A stretch of 64,000 nt of DNA from Octopus sinensis (GCF_006345805.1 NC_043003.1:44268001-44332000), one strand, 5' to 3'; numbered from the stretch's first letter, positions 1 to 14,039 are shown. The notes: generated by a model from the sequence alone, not told the origin. A program made the numbers and translations.

Positions 1-6
1 TATATA

Positions 7-56
<50 letters not shown>

Positions 57-103
57 TAAATGTATATATATAATATATATAATATAGGTAATATATAATA
101 ATA

Positions 104-826
104 TACTTTGATTACTTTGATTACTTTGATAGGTTCGGCCATTATTGGCCCAGGCCATGTCTAACTTAATAGCACCACCTGGTGAAGTTTTCAAGTCAGA
201 ATTTGGGCACTATGGCCACTCAAGTAGAGAGTTATTGTTTACAGAGACATATCCGGGTGTAGGGGGTTTTACCGGGATTTCTTGAAGGAATCTGTCAAAG
301 ACTTCTTGAACCCTATAGGGTCAGTTTCTGTGTTAATGTGTTTTGGTGTAATGTTAAAGAGAGCGGGGCCAATTGAGGTGAAATAATTGTGCCGTATGTT
401 GTTATGAGATGAGAGTGCGATTTTTGTTTTGGGCGGATGGCACGGGGCCAAGCCTTGGATGTACCTTAAAGGTGATGCCAACTCATTTGGGCAATGCTGA
501 TGGAATATTTTCCACATCATGCAGATGATGTAGCGCTACACGACCGACGATTGGAGAGAATAGAGTTTTAGCTTTTCTAGTCGACCCCAATAGTCGAGGC
601 CTGTCATGCCATCTATCTTTTTTGTGATTGCCCTTTGAGGTGCTTCGATTTTTTGATACCTTGTATTGTGTGGGGAGGACCACAGTGGACAACAGTATTC
701 AAGGTGGGGTCGGGCAAAAGTGGAGACGAGAAGGATAATGGTGTGGATATCTCTCGACTGGAAAGTTCTGAGAATCAGGAACACATTCTGCGGGCCATGT
801 CAACTTTGGTGTTTATATGAGTGGCC
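104..826 (-). mobile_element. CR1-type LINE, 5'-truncated 3' fragment with tandem-repeat tail
   Basis: ORF 536..784 reads LILRTFQSR...STFARPHLEYCCPLWS...QRAITKKIDGMTGLDYWGRLEKLKLYSL, the CR1-clade ORF2 C-terminal signature; it is frameshifted. On the minus strand it ends in (ATCAAAGTA)x3 at 104-130. (TA)n flanks both sides. Confidence 0.85.
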
Positions 827-885
827 CATATATATATATATATATATTACATATACATAATATATATATTATACATATACCTATA

Positions 886-925
<40 letters not shown>

Positions 926-1092
926 ATACGTACACATACACACATGCATATATATGTGTGTATATATATATATAAATTTACATGTATAGATATAAATATA
1001 TATGTATCTATCTATCTTCCTCTCTATATGTATGTGTGTAATATATAAGTACATATATGTTATCCATGTAAACACATACACACACACACACA
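827..1092. repeat. (TA)n/(CA)n microsatellite complex
   Basis: Read directly; it produces the YIYI ORFs. Confidence 0.95.
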
Positions 1093-1835
1093 TTTGATAA
1101 AGCATATTCAGCAAAAAAGAATATTCATTATAAACAGAATAACCGAACTGAGATACATAGGGCAACATTTTATATGTATTGCCACGCAATAAAAAATGTT
1201 TTTTCATTTATTTCAAGGGCAGTTATTTATTTCATTATGTGAGTATTGTTTGTATTTTTTATTCTTTATGTTGCAGTGTTTATTCTTATATCTTGTTTTC
1301 TATTCTACTACACTCTGAATATTCACTTATTTTCGCATCTGTTATTTCATTCCCTTAAAATATAATACGATTTCGAAAGTAATCCATTATCCTTATATAT
1401 TCATACACACATACTGAAATACACACAAACATATACATTCATACATATATACGTATGTACGTATATGCGATTTTTGTATGTGTGTTTGTGTAAATATATA
1501 TTTTCATATATTGTTTATAAATATATGTTCCATTATTCATACACGCACGGACGCATATATAGAGTGTGTATTCTGAATATTTTCTATTAAGCAAATACTA
1601 AAGTAAATGTTAACCTATGACCAAACAACATGTACCAATATTCATCATATTATATTCGTTTAATATTAGGTTGAACTTACCACTGAAAGAAAATCACATG
1701 ATTTGAAGGCAAAACTCATTTTCACTTTCACACTACTGTTAAAAAACATACATACAAAAATGTGGTACGGCCGTGCCGAAAGACAATAATGAAAGTGGAC
1801 ATATGTATTTGTATACACATATAAACACCTAATCA

Positions 1836-1883
1836 TATATTATATATATATTATATATATACATACATAATATATATAGATAC

Positions 1884-1941
<58 letters not shown>

Positions 1942-2038
1942 TAATCATATATATATATATGCTTATATACAATATATATATATATATAGTGAGAGAGAGA
2001 GGGAGAGATACATGCATACATACATTCATACATACATA

Positions 2039-2082
<44 letters not shown>

Positions 2083-2107
2083 CTATATCTATATATATAT
2101 ATATAAT

Positions 2108-2195
<88 letters not shown>
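1836..2195. repeat. (TA)n followed by long (GATA)n microsatellite
   Basis: Read directly; near-perfect TAGA run at ~2107-2195. Confidence 0.95.
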
Positions 2196-2196
<1 letters not shown>

Positions 2197-2549
2197 GCTT
2201 TGTATGTGTAGTGTCATTCGTGCTATCTTGTCATGCTACTGTATTGTAGAACATAACAGGCAGATGAGTGCCTTCATTCCATCCTTGTGGAAACACCTGT
2301 GTAGATTTTGACCAATTGGCACCCATTGCGACAAACCGTTCCAGCGACTGTGTGATGCTGGTAGACTGATGTCAAAATCGCAGTCCCTATACGTGAACCA
2401 CTACTATCCGGAAGCTACTTATACGCATTAACAAAGGGGGAAAACAATGAGGTAAAAAAAAAATAAAGAGAAAAAACACTACAGATATTTTACAGGCAGG
2501 ATTCTACGCTCAGCTTGAAACTCACAGAATGTGACGGCTTGAAGATCAA

Positions 2550-3800
2550 ATAAAACGCCCAGTTATATAAACACGAATCAGATGAAAATTACACGAGGCA
2601 AATAAATTATACTTATACAATACTTTGTATGTCACCAAAACCATCTGCTCAGAATATATCTTGCTAAATACTGCCACCATCGTCCATGATATCCCGAGGA
2701 ATGGCATTAGGATCGAAATATAAACATATGAGTGAGCATAGGACTGGTGTTTTGTCTTTACCAATTCTGCTTTTACACGTATATTTTTTTTTCTTTTATA
2801 ATTTCTAATGTATTGTCTAATGCACCTAAAGTACTAATGGCAGATCTTTGCTGAATGATGCTAACTAACGCATCGCCTCCAAACGATTCATGGTTTAGAA
2901 GTTGAGAGAAATGATATGGGATTGCCTTTGATTTAGTAAACAGATTTACTAAGCAGTGCCTTCCTTTGAATACAGGGGAATCTACGCTGAAATATCTAAG
3001 CGTATAATCATTCTTAAACTATTAGACCTTCCCACCTGGTGTGTGCATCTACCTAAGCGGCCGCCTCTATAGGTATTTTGCATTTTAACAATAGGTAACA
3101 GCTAGGTTTTGAGATCATAACCTATCATTTAGCAAGACATTACGAGAGGGTGGTTGTTGCCATTCTGTACAACAATACACTCTGGGCATCGCTTTTGCAG
3201 GGAAAACATCTGAACATCAGCATTATTTTTACTAAATGAGTCCCCGATATTGGCTGTAGCATATCACAATGTGTCTCTAGCACATTGTAAAAGCTGATCT
3301 TGAAACACCTACCAAGCTGTACCTTTGATGTGGTATAACCAATCCTGAAGCTACTTTCTCACACTAGGATCATAAAAATTAAGGACATTCCAGTAGCTAG
3401 GAATCTCAGCTGGCCCTCTTGTCTCATTCGCTGTAACTACCATTCAGAACTTTGATAGTATCACCGAGAGGCCTGACCAATACTCCGGTTCAATATCACA
3501 GATAACATGATTGCGCATTTTAACATAATCTAGGAGGAACCGGCCTTACACTGTGTTGCTGTGTGGACACCTGTGTACATAAAGTGAGTCTTGCCATCTA
3601 AAGATCATATCCAACTAAAAGTTATAGGGCTATTGCTCTTCCTCCTTCTAACGAAACACCCAAAATAGTTCCACGTTTGCCTATCTGTACCGACCTTGGC
3701 CCTGAAATCCCTAAGTAGAATGATTTAGTATTTCCCTGAGTTTAGATCTCAACTTGGCTTTGAAATTAATGTTTTTCATAAGAATTGATCATATTTGCAG
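2550..3800 (-). pseudogene. Heavily degraded relic of a large uncharacterised, probably transposon-borne ORF
   Basis: Scattered minus-strand motifs occur in a plausible order: ILLRDFRA, NHVICDIEPEYWSGLS, MDDGGSI*QDIF*, GVLFD. They resemble a recurrent invertebrate repeat-encoded protein family. Many stops and frameshifts. Confidence 0.3.
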
Positions 3801-5678
3801 CTTAGACACTTATCAAAGTAATAAAACGCAGATGCAATCATGAAACGGATATTTATAAGAAAAAGGAAGTTCTTCCAACTTCTTGGGAATTTGAGACCGA
3901 ACTGCAAAATAACGCCAAACTTGATGCTCCAACCCATCAGTTTCCAATTCGATCAATATGTCATCCAAGTATGGGACTTCAAACTCAGAACTTGCTGGCG
4001 TAGTGTCCATACTTGCTGAAATATGGCTGGTGCGACCTTCACCCCAAAATGGCAGTCTTTTGAAATGGTACAGACCTTTATGAGTATTAATTGTTAATAC
4101 TTTAACACACTCCTCATCAACAAGTAAATGGAGGTAGGCGTCTGACAAATCAAAGTTGAAAAAAAATTTTCCCACAATTTTACTTACCAACTATTTCTTC
4201 TGGACTTCGAAGCGGATTGTTGCATTGTTTTTAAACAATCATTTCGACATATTGAGAACTCCCTGCATACCATTGTATTGTTACTTTTTTTAAATATACA
4301 GTAGGAACCACCCACGCTGAGTAATCTACTTTTTCAATTACCTCCATGTCTTCCATTCTTTTTAGTTCCTTCTGAACTTGATTTAACGCCACGAAAGGCA
4401 CACTCCTTTTCGGTTTGAACACTCGTACTGCATTTTCTTTCAACTGAAACTTTACTTTCCTTCTTTTACACGTTCCGAGTTCCTATGAGAACACATCAGG
4501 GTACACCTTTAATTTTAATTTCAATTTTCCAACGCATAATGTGACACGGACTGTGACACATTCACCTTATTGCATAATGTACTCAATGGTAAATCCCACA
4601 GGTCGAATTCTTCCATTAAATTTGTACCGAACAAATTCATTGTATTGTTAGATACCATTATTTTACTTTTACGAGTCATAACTTTCACTTTTATTTCTGA
4701 CGAAATTTCGCCCAATAATTGAACTCGTTCCCCTGGCACACTGTGAGCTATCTTAGTAGTTTTTTTTTATATAGCAGCCTTCCTGTTTTAATCCGTGTTG
4801 CCGTATTAATTATCGATGCGGCTGAACCGGTATCTAATTGCATTTTCGTCTGAAAACTAATTTTTTCTACCAACACAAATTTTCGGTTTTCTCTGGTATC
4901 ATTAATTTTTGTTGAGTAGACTTCGGTTTCTCATTTTTTAATATTTTTCATCAGCTAGAATTTTGACTATGCCCAATTTTACTGCACATAAAATATATTT
5001 TTAACTTTAAAGGGGAAATCTTTCTTAAAATGCAGGTCTCTGCAACCGTAGCATGGTTGTTGATTTCTGTCTTTTTTTCTTTCAAATTTGATAATAATCT
5101 TTTTTCTAATATCCGCGTCTTCCGTTGCCACAAGCCTTTTAACGAATATTAGGCAGTTAGACATATCTCACGTTAATTCTCCAAGCTTAAATCTTTCGTA
5201 AGCCTTAGTAACAATACCAGCATAATGTTACAAAATCGTCGGACTCATTCTCACTTTAAATTCAAACATTCCCACGGAATGTTAAACAGCGAACTTTTTT
5301 CGCTAAAAATATTAATCAAAGTATTTATTGTTTCATCAAAACGCAATTACGTTGACTTACTTAGCAAAATAAAGTTACAAAAGCATTACCTTGTTTTCAC
5401 TAAACCATCCTTTGCATTCCTCTCTGAATATGTCCTCGTACCGTTTGTAATACGCGGTAAAGGTAGATCCTTCATCCAGTTTGTACTGAAATTCTGGATG
5501 TACTGAAATATTGCAACACCGTCCGCTGAAAATGATTGACATATTTATCTACTGCAGTAACAACTCTGATAACTCGTGTATTTGCTACTGTGGCTCTTGT
5601 TTTACGACTGCTTTCAGTATAACTTCCATTTGGGCTCTATTATCAGTTTCAATATTGTTTGAAGCCACGGTACTGCTC

Positions 5679-5781
5679 GAAACCTCGACGCCACTGTTGT
5701 ATCAGTGGGGATATTGTCCGAATCCTCGTTGCCGTTGTTGTATCGGTGGCGATATTGTCAGAATCCTCGTCGCGACTGCTG
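5679..5781 (-). promoter_or_regulatory. Triplicated primer-binding-site motif (41-bp period)
   Basis: The minus strand has three variants of CAGTGGCGACGAGGATTC at 5679, 5720 and 5761. TGGCGACGAGGAT is complementary to the 3' end of tRNA-Ser(GCU). Confidence 0.7.
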
Positions 5782-5931
5782 AAACGATATAACAGGATAA
5801 TAAGTAACGTCCTTGCAATCGTCCTTCTCAAGATACACAAAACTTGTACTTACACTTAACACTACATTACTCTCGACTTTACACAGCTGACCGGCTCTCT
5901 ATTTCTTTTATTTAGTCGCATGGCCTTTACA
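5777..5931 (-). repeat. Putative 5' LTR of the Gypsy element
   Basis: Minus strand runs TGTAAAGG...TTCAGCA directly upstream of the PBS. The partner LTR is not seen, and the outer edge could be 5942. Confidence 0.5.
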
Positions 5932-6699
5932 AGGAGTGTACACCACAAAGACAGATAAAACAATACATGGGGTACATAAAAACGTATAACGAATGAAATA
6001 TGAATATAAATGAAATGAGAATGGAATGGCTTTCCTACGCGCCAAAGTAGGTAGTTCCATTTTAGTATTTTTTTAAATAATTACTTGTATGTCTTGTATC
6101 TTGTTCACAATGTTGCACCAAAAATTCCAATAAATCTTCAAATGTTATCACTGGTGGCAAATCATCGTAACGAAATCGAAGTTCTGTCGTCTCTATTCTG
6201 TCGTCAGCTATTTCCTACAACGTTTCTGCTCTATCATCCTCCAGCAACACTGCTTTCTCATTTAGATTTCCCACTTTGTCAGCCAGTTTAATACTTATTA
6301 AATTTTTCATTTTTGAAATTCTCTTTTCTATCTCTACACTCTTTTTGTAACAAACCATCAATATTTCATGCTTCCCCTTCGCTCGATAATCTTATTCTAA
6401 AAAAGTGAAACCGGTCAAGTTAATAAACATCTTTAAAATTGCATTTTAAAATATTTCATATATATTTCCACTCGTGCGGTACCTTACAACTTTACTTTGT
6501 TATATATGTTTATATGTGTGTGTGTGTGTATTTATGTATGTATGTATGTATGTATGTATATATGCATGTATGTATGTATGTATATAAACGTATATAAACG
6601 ATGTTTCATTTTGGCCATCGCTGCCAGCACCTTCAAAAGAGTGAAATTATACTTGTTAAATGTTAAAGAACATCGATTACAATGTTGTGAAAATGTTCT

Positions 6700-8050
6700 C
6701 TTAATAATTAGTACTATACAAAACACAAAATTTTCGCAAGTAGCATTTATTTTGGCGAGGACATTTTGCAAATATTTATCGTCATCAGTTGGTGTAGTTA
6801 TTGCTTTAATAGCTATATAGTCTTGGTACAATATAATTTACCACTATCGAAATCGACGATAGACTGGAATATAGCGAGCAAAAAGAATAATCCAAAACCC
6901 AAGAGACTTTAGCGATAAAGTACGGGCACCGTGTTCACATTGATCAACAGAGTTGTTTCATTCTTTGTAACTGAATCCGTAGACAGGCATTCTGCAGAAT
7001 GATCTACAAGAAATATAACGATTTTTAAAAATAGGTGTTCAATACCCAGCGGCTGTAAAATTATCTGGTCTTAGTCATCACCATAGTTCAACTTTGTAAG
7101 ACAACAGACACTGACTCTCGAAGTAAAATAAATATTTATAAAAAATATGACAAAAGGAATCATGCATTACGAAAATTCACTGAATGAAGATTATCAATTT
7201 TTGCTATACTAAGCGATAGAACTCATACTCGATGAGTCACATAAGTCTTAAAGTAAACTTTCGGTTTTGGAAAATGATATGACAGCCAGATACTACGAGA
7301 TTCACTACAGACTATACAGGTGTCTGAGGTACAAGTCATTTGACTGAGACGCATCCATAAGGTATATTAATTTATACTAAGAAACGAAGATCAGGTGAAA
7401 AATTCTGGTCTTAGGGAATCAATTTGATAACCGATTTACAGTGGTTTGAATTGGACTGTATGCTAATTTAGGCGCCGAAGCTTGGAGAAAGAAAAACAAA
7501 AACATCTACACATTCAGATTTAATACATTATTCACGACACTATCTACAAATATCTTTGGTGATGTAATGTTTTCTTTGGTAAGCATGTCACATTCTCCGT
7601 TGGATTATTTGAAACTAGAGTGGTCTATAATGAATACGAGTGAATTAGGGCAGCGTTACAACGAATATTGCGTCATAAAAACGTAACGACTAATTACGAA
7701 CAGTATTACGATGTATTTAAGAATATTGAGCGACAAAACATGGCAATCTGACCCTTCCTTTAGAGTCTTCAAGAATATCTTCCAACATGTATTTTACTCG
7801 CTTGTGTCACTACTCCCGGAACTCCAATAGTCTGAAAGAATGTTCTCGCTTTTATGAAGTCATTTAACATGTGTTGTAGACAAAACGTGATTTAAATAAC
7901 TGAAATTTGTTAATTACTTGCTGACCTGATATCAGAATAGTGCCTGTAATTAAATTTGGCTACAGGGGAAAGTTATTATCTTAAACAGAAAATACTCAAA
8001 GTTAGAAATAAAATCATATCTAGCAGGTTGTCTGCATTGAGAGTTATTTC
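6700..8050 (+). mobile_element. Degraded hAT-like transposase relic
   Basis: VSLLPELQ*SERMFSL at ~7805-7855 resembles the hAT dimerisation motif (P..N...ER.FS). The rest is poorly readable. Confidence 0.35.
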
Positions 8051-8265
8051 AATAGAATTGTCTAGAACTTTCATAAAGTCCTGTATATTTTCAACAAAGC
8101 CATGTGTTAAATCAAGAATTGTAAGGCAAATTTTTACAGTAAGCAAAAATATCTCAGTAGCAGATTAAATGAAAAACTCGTAAGTACGTAGATTTACATC
8201 GATTAGTTATCATACACGTTCGAATTCCTATCCCTTCACAATAGTCAGTGATATTTGATACAACT

Positions 8266-8851
<586 letters not shown>

Positions 8852-9249
8852 TGCACTGTTCCGTGATAGAAAAATCAACAAATATATACTCTATCTGGTG
8901 AAAGGTAAAAATAATATATTTAAAGGACATAATACATGTCGTTAAGTGCCACTAATAGTTTTATATATTGAGAAACATATTGAACATATACTTGAAGCAG
9001 AATCCACATATAATAACGAACTAAAAATAAATCGAGTATAAGAAGAAAGGCGAAAAAACAGAGAAGCCAGCATATAAAAAACGCTGAAGGTAAAAGACAG
9101 AAAACGGAAACACAAAAACTAAAATGTAAAGAAGTAAAAAGGTGAAAAATAAAAAGTAAAGAGTAAGAAGATAAGATTTATCCTCCTTAGACCATAAATT
9201 ATAAGTCTGTCAAGATATCAGCAAGTTAATCAGGAATAGGTGGAACTCT

Positions 9250-10008
9250 GCAGTTTTTCAAATTATATTTATACATTTGTTTGCAACTGCTTAATATTTC
9301 TCACCTAGAGTTCATAGAGAACTGAACAAGATCCGAACAGGATCTGCGTTCTTTCAGCCACAGAAAACCTACAAAGTCGATACAGTGATATAAGGTATGG
9401 ATTTCGATGCATTAACATAAGGTATGGATTTTGTTATATTAGCTTAAGGCAGAGATTTCTCAATTACTTTGCACGTAATCACGTGTGATGTTTCGTTATC
9501 TTTCAAAGGTCATACGCAGCGAGCCAAATTAGTACCTTTGCTTTTGTCCTTATATCGGAAGGAGGATATGTGATTGCCAGGGCGATTTTAAAATTCTCCT
9601 TTACATAATCCAATAGATTTCTTTTATCTCTTGTATTATTTTCCTAGACTTGCAGTAACCACTGCCTCAAATACGATAGACTTAATCAAAAATCGTTGGT
9701 AACCGAATGGGATCCCAGGTCACGACAGCTGCAACTGGGTTTAGGTTAATAGTATTGACCGCGTGTAATGATACTATTTATAATGGGGCAGCAGCTATAT
9801 GATAATTTCACCGAACCCCTATAAAATATTTTCCTGTACATGTGAGTTGTTGGAAAGTGTTATTCAAGGAGAGACAAGAATATTTTACTTTTGTTAGTTT
9901 TTATATTAAAGCAAATAGGAGGTGGGTCTATTTTAAGGTCTCTTATCATTTGTTTGATTAATACTAGATGATGTAAGTATTAATTTATCTTTGATGCCAC
10001 TAGATCTA

Positions 10009-10102
<94 letters not shown>

Positions 10103-10246
10103 CAGTAGTAGTAGTAGTAGAGGGATTATATGGTAATTTATCTTTTCGGCCACCATTGGCTAGGGCATTGTTATAATAGAAGCCAGTTTTCTCGAAAATT
10201 TCATTAGAGGAAGATAGGTTAGAGACCCTGTTACAAATATTAGTTA

Positions 10247-10247
<1 letters not shown>
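9250..10247 (-). mobile_element. Penelope-like element 3' fragment (RT thumb, linker, GIY-YIG endonuclease)
   Basis: Reads NRVSNLSSSNEIFEK..YYNNAL; PPPICFNIKTNKSKIFLSLLE*HFPTTHMYRKIFYRGSVKLSYSCCP; SIVFEAVV..KSIGLCKGEF*NRPGNHISSFR..TNLARCV*PLK. These match PLE linker and GIY-YIG motifs. Confidence 0.85.
10010..10120. repeat. (TAT)n(TAG)n trinucleotide microsatellite inside the PLE ORF
   Basis: Read directly. Confidence 0.95.
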
Positions 10248-10335
<88 letters not shown>

Positions 10336-10357
10336 GCAGGCGTAGCTATGTGATTTA

Positions 10358-10564
10358 TAGGGTGGCCCAAAGTTAGGTTTACAGTTATTCAACTATATCT
10401 TTTGCATTCATATTTCAAAAGTTTAGATCTTAATTATAAAAAAAAAATCTTGAACTATTATTCTACGCTAATTTAGAAAATAAGTTAGAATTTTAAATAT
10501 AATAAAACGTTTTAAAAGAAATTTAATGTACCTACGTGGCACCTGCAAACCTACATTTGGGCCA
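10358..10564. mobile_element. Tc1/mariner-type MITE
   Basis: Imperfect TIRs AGGGTGGCCCAAAGTTAGGTTTACAG (10359-10384) and CTGCAAACCTACATTTGGGCCA (10543-10564); TA context; AT-rich non-coding interior. Confidence 0.7.
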
Positions 10565-10581
10565 AATATATATATATATAT

Positions 10582-12990
10582 ACTAACTTAAGTACCCTCT
10601 ATTGTTCGGAAGTTTAAAGAATTTTAATATAAATAAATATAGTTATTCTGATAAAAAAAATATATTTTCGGAAAAATTCTATGAAATGATGTGAGTCTAA
10701 ATACAGTAATTATTACAAATCCTGAAATGAATCACAGTTTAATTTTCTAGAACTGTGAAATATGCAATGTTTTCAGTGTGTAATTGGGGTACAAATAAAA
10801 AGAGTTCTTGGGACCTACAACTTGCGAACATCCGACATTTATTTGCAAAGCGAGAAGCAAGGACAAGCAAGATTAAATCCAACAACATTAAAATATTGTC
10901 CTTGAGATTTGTTTATCGACATAGCAAAACTGGAGCTGTTTAAATTCAAAGCGATGGGGGTGTGGATCAGATGGGTTCAAGATGATCTGTGGAATGAAGA
11001 CAACATTACCATTATATTTCGCAGGATATGGGGTTGCATCGCTTTCACGACTAGTCTGGTGCCATTGCAGAGTCGAGGTGGATCCAGATTCCCGAGCAGC
11101 TTGATTGGACCCTCCTTTTAAGTTTTAAGTTGTGAGGTGGAATCACAGATGGCTGTAGAGATTTCAGGAACTCAGTTGGAAAAATTACAGCCTGGTCCTG
11201 ATCAATGGCTGTGTCAAGGGATTTGAATAGCAGTTCTTGCCCTGGCGGAAGCTGTAAGAGATTCCAATTGATTTTGTCGTCAGCCTTACTATATGGAACT
11301 CAGATGACTCGCTCACGTAACCATTGACTGTTGCTTAAGTTTTGTGCTATGTTTGGAAACACAGGCATTCTGAGATCATTGACAGTTGGTACCCTCTAAC
11401 CACGGGGTGACTTGTGTTGCTGCATTTGGTGGACATATTGTAGTTTCCCAAAAGATGGTGTGAAAACAGATTATTGATCGCTGAATAATTGGGCCCATAT
11501 GTTAACTGTCAGGAGCAGTTTGGTGATATGCCTCAACAGATTGTCAGAGAGAGGCCTTCATTTCATCTGCCTTTCTATCGTTTTGGATCACAGTATGGGT
11601 TTGTTTGAAATCCGCAGCCAGAACTCCAATGACACCACTCATGAGAATGTCCTTTAATCTCAAACCTCTAATGCTACGTTCAACATCTTCAAGTGTTACA
11701 CAGTGAAACATGGTGCATTCATCCCAGATAGACAAGCACATCTGTTACAAGACCTTCGCCTTTACTGATGTCTTAGTGATGTTGCAAATTGAGGCCTCTG
11801 TCCTATCTAATTCAAGGGAAGCTTGAAAGTAAAATGAGCGGTTCGATCACCTGTCAAGAGAGTTGCTACGATTCCAGAAGACGCTACTGACAATGCAAAG
11901 CACCCATCTATATTGACCAACAGCAGGTTGATCAAAAACGTCTTGCCAGTGCCAGAATGAGCATCCCACCATTTTTATCTAGAGTAATTCGAACAGTGCA
12001 AGTCTAAGCTGGCGGCTTTTCAGTCAAAAACTTTGGCTCATTCTCAGTCAGATACTCATTCAGACTGCTGATGTGATAGGATGTCTCCCTTAAAATTTTA
12101 CTTGTCTGTTCTATGCTATTGTATCTGGCAAGCTATACTCCTGCAAAGGTTTTCCTCCAAGCTGAGGAACCTTGTCTTCAGGAAAAAGTAGATCTTCATT
12201 GTTGATGTTCTCAGTCAAGTGGATTTCGAGACCTTGATTTTGCTTCTGCAATCTCTGAACAATATCTTCACAGACGGACTCCCAGTGTTTCTCCCACAGC
12301 TAACGTGGGCTAGCGATGTTGCATGCTTTAAGCTTCAAGGCGGAAATGAAAATGGCAAGCCTGTCTCTAAGAGTCACAGTCATGGACATTAGAAGTTTTC
12401 AGATCTAGGAAACTCTTTGGACCAGAGACTTTGAGCAATAGGAGATTCAAGAAATAACACTCAAAATTGTTGGGATGTACAGTATAGACCATTCTCGATG
12501 CTGAATCTCAATTGATTCTTGGGTGCTTTTCCACAGTTTGAGCAATGGTACGTCTCTTTTACCGAAAAGGGGAAACAAATGGATCTGTGCTACATAGCTC
12601 AAAAAAGTTCTCAATGTTGTTGAACCTGGCACTTCAAGTTGCAGCTAGAGGCGTTGTAGATTGTCTGGATTAAAATAGATTTGCTGGTAATTCTTTAGAT
12701 GTACAGCTAAATCGATAACAGCTGCACGCTGTTCATGCAGTGGAAAGTTAAACCGTCTACAGGATGCTTTATTGTTAGTAATATAGCGTTCCATCTGGTA
12801 ACATGTCACCTTATCATTGTTGTTTACATCCTGAAGACCAAAAACAGTATGTTCACATGCTTGCTCACATACTTAATTTCACAGAGTTACAAAACACACC
12901 ATTGATGTATGCTTTGAAGATCTTTGACAGAAGGGGACAATACGGCACATTCCACGTATCGTCGACTTCAATTTTTTAACACACCTCTTT
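10582..12990 (-). mobile_element. Helitron RepHel relic (Rep C-terminus plus PIF1-type helicase)
   Basis: Motifs in order: VPYCPLLSKIFKAYIN; DAHSGTGKTFLINLL (Walker A); ASSGIVATLLTGDRTAHFTFKLPL; IWDECTM..VLAADFKQT; FPTEFLKSL..PPHNLKL..NLDPPRLCNGTRL; FAMSINKSQGQ. A possible degraded terminus (...GGGTACTTAAGTTAGT) lies near 10582. Confidence 0.92.
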
Positions 12991-13993
12991 GCCGGCCATT
13001 ACGTAATGTTCGTTATCAGCATACAATATTTTAAAATCTATACCCAAGTATAATCACTCACATCTAATTTCAAATAGAGATATCCAATGTTGAGAAGTCG
13101 AGTTGCTTCAAGAATTGTAAAAATAGATAATGTAAGTTATGAGCATATGATATTTCTCAATTCATATCCAAGAATAAGTACTCACATCGGATTTAAATGT
13201 GAAATACTGAGTGTTAATAAGACGAGTTGTTCCAAAAATATCCAAATATAGGTCCATTCCACGAACAATTATTCGAATAACTCATCTTGATATCTCTAAC
13301 TTATGTCATGGGAATATTGAACTTTAAAATTTATCGTATAAATTAAAAAATATTGTACAGCGTATATTGCCTAATGATTAAATGAATAAATGAGTTATGT
13401 TAATGTAATAAGTGTTTTCACCGGGCGTGCGTCCGTATGATGACTTTTCGTTATGGAAAAACCTTACTCTTTCAGTTTCTAAAACCTGAAGATGAACTGC
13501 TATAACAGCTAAGTGTCTGGAAATTTTCATGTGTTTGTGTGTGAGCGCACGTAGCTATTTTCAAGCTTATGCGAATGAACAAACAAAATAAACAGAAATA
13601 TATGTTACAGAAACATAATATACATCTACAGAGGGCCTCCGGAAAGAACTGGAATTACTATAATGAACATTGCCCGAGTAATGAAAAAAATTCATGACAA
13701 ATTTGGTACATATTTATGCAGCTGTTTGGCCGTGCATAGAGTAGACACATATATATACACACACAGTGAATTATATATATACATGTGTGTGTGCGTGTTT
13801 GTGAGTGTGTGTGTGTACATTATATAGGGAGGATCGGAGGGAATAGTTCCAAGGTAGCTAAATGATGCTTAAGTGCCCTAGGACACAATGGGCACATTTG
13901 CGTGCAATTTGAATCTGGGGACAGGCAAGACATATTTAGGAGAAAAATAGAAACTGGAGTATATGTATATATTTATATATATATATATATATA

Positions 13994-14039
<46 letters not shown>

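Larger units (their letters stand above)
3940..5931 (-). mobile_element. Ty3/Gypsy LTR retrotransposon, degraded 5' half (LTR-PBS-gag-protease-RT)
   Basis: gag EFQYKLDEGSTFTAYYKRYEDIFREECKGW (~5405-5495); knuckle-like CYGCRDLH and MCSKIGH (~4970-5055); protease MQLDTGS (~4825-4843); VFKPKRSVPF..WVVPTV; RT FDLSDAYLHL..INTHKGLYHFKRLPF..YLDDILI. Order is gag-PR-RT, with multiple frameshifts. Confidence 0.9.

Noticed and set aside
5679-5781. CRISPR-like palindromic repeats at a fixed period
   Set aside because: The intervening segments are themselves repeats rather than unique spacers, there are no cas genes, and the context is a eukaryotic Gypsy leader.
11544-11741. Host PIF1 helicase gene
   Set aside because: It is intronless, full of stops and frameshifts, and contiguous with Helitron Rep motifs.
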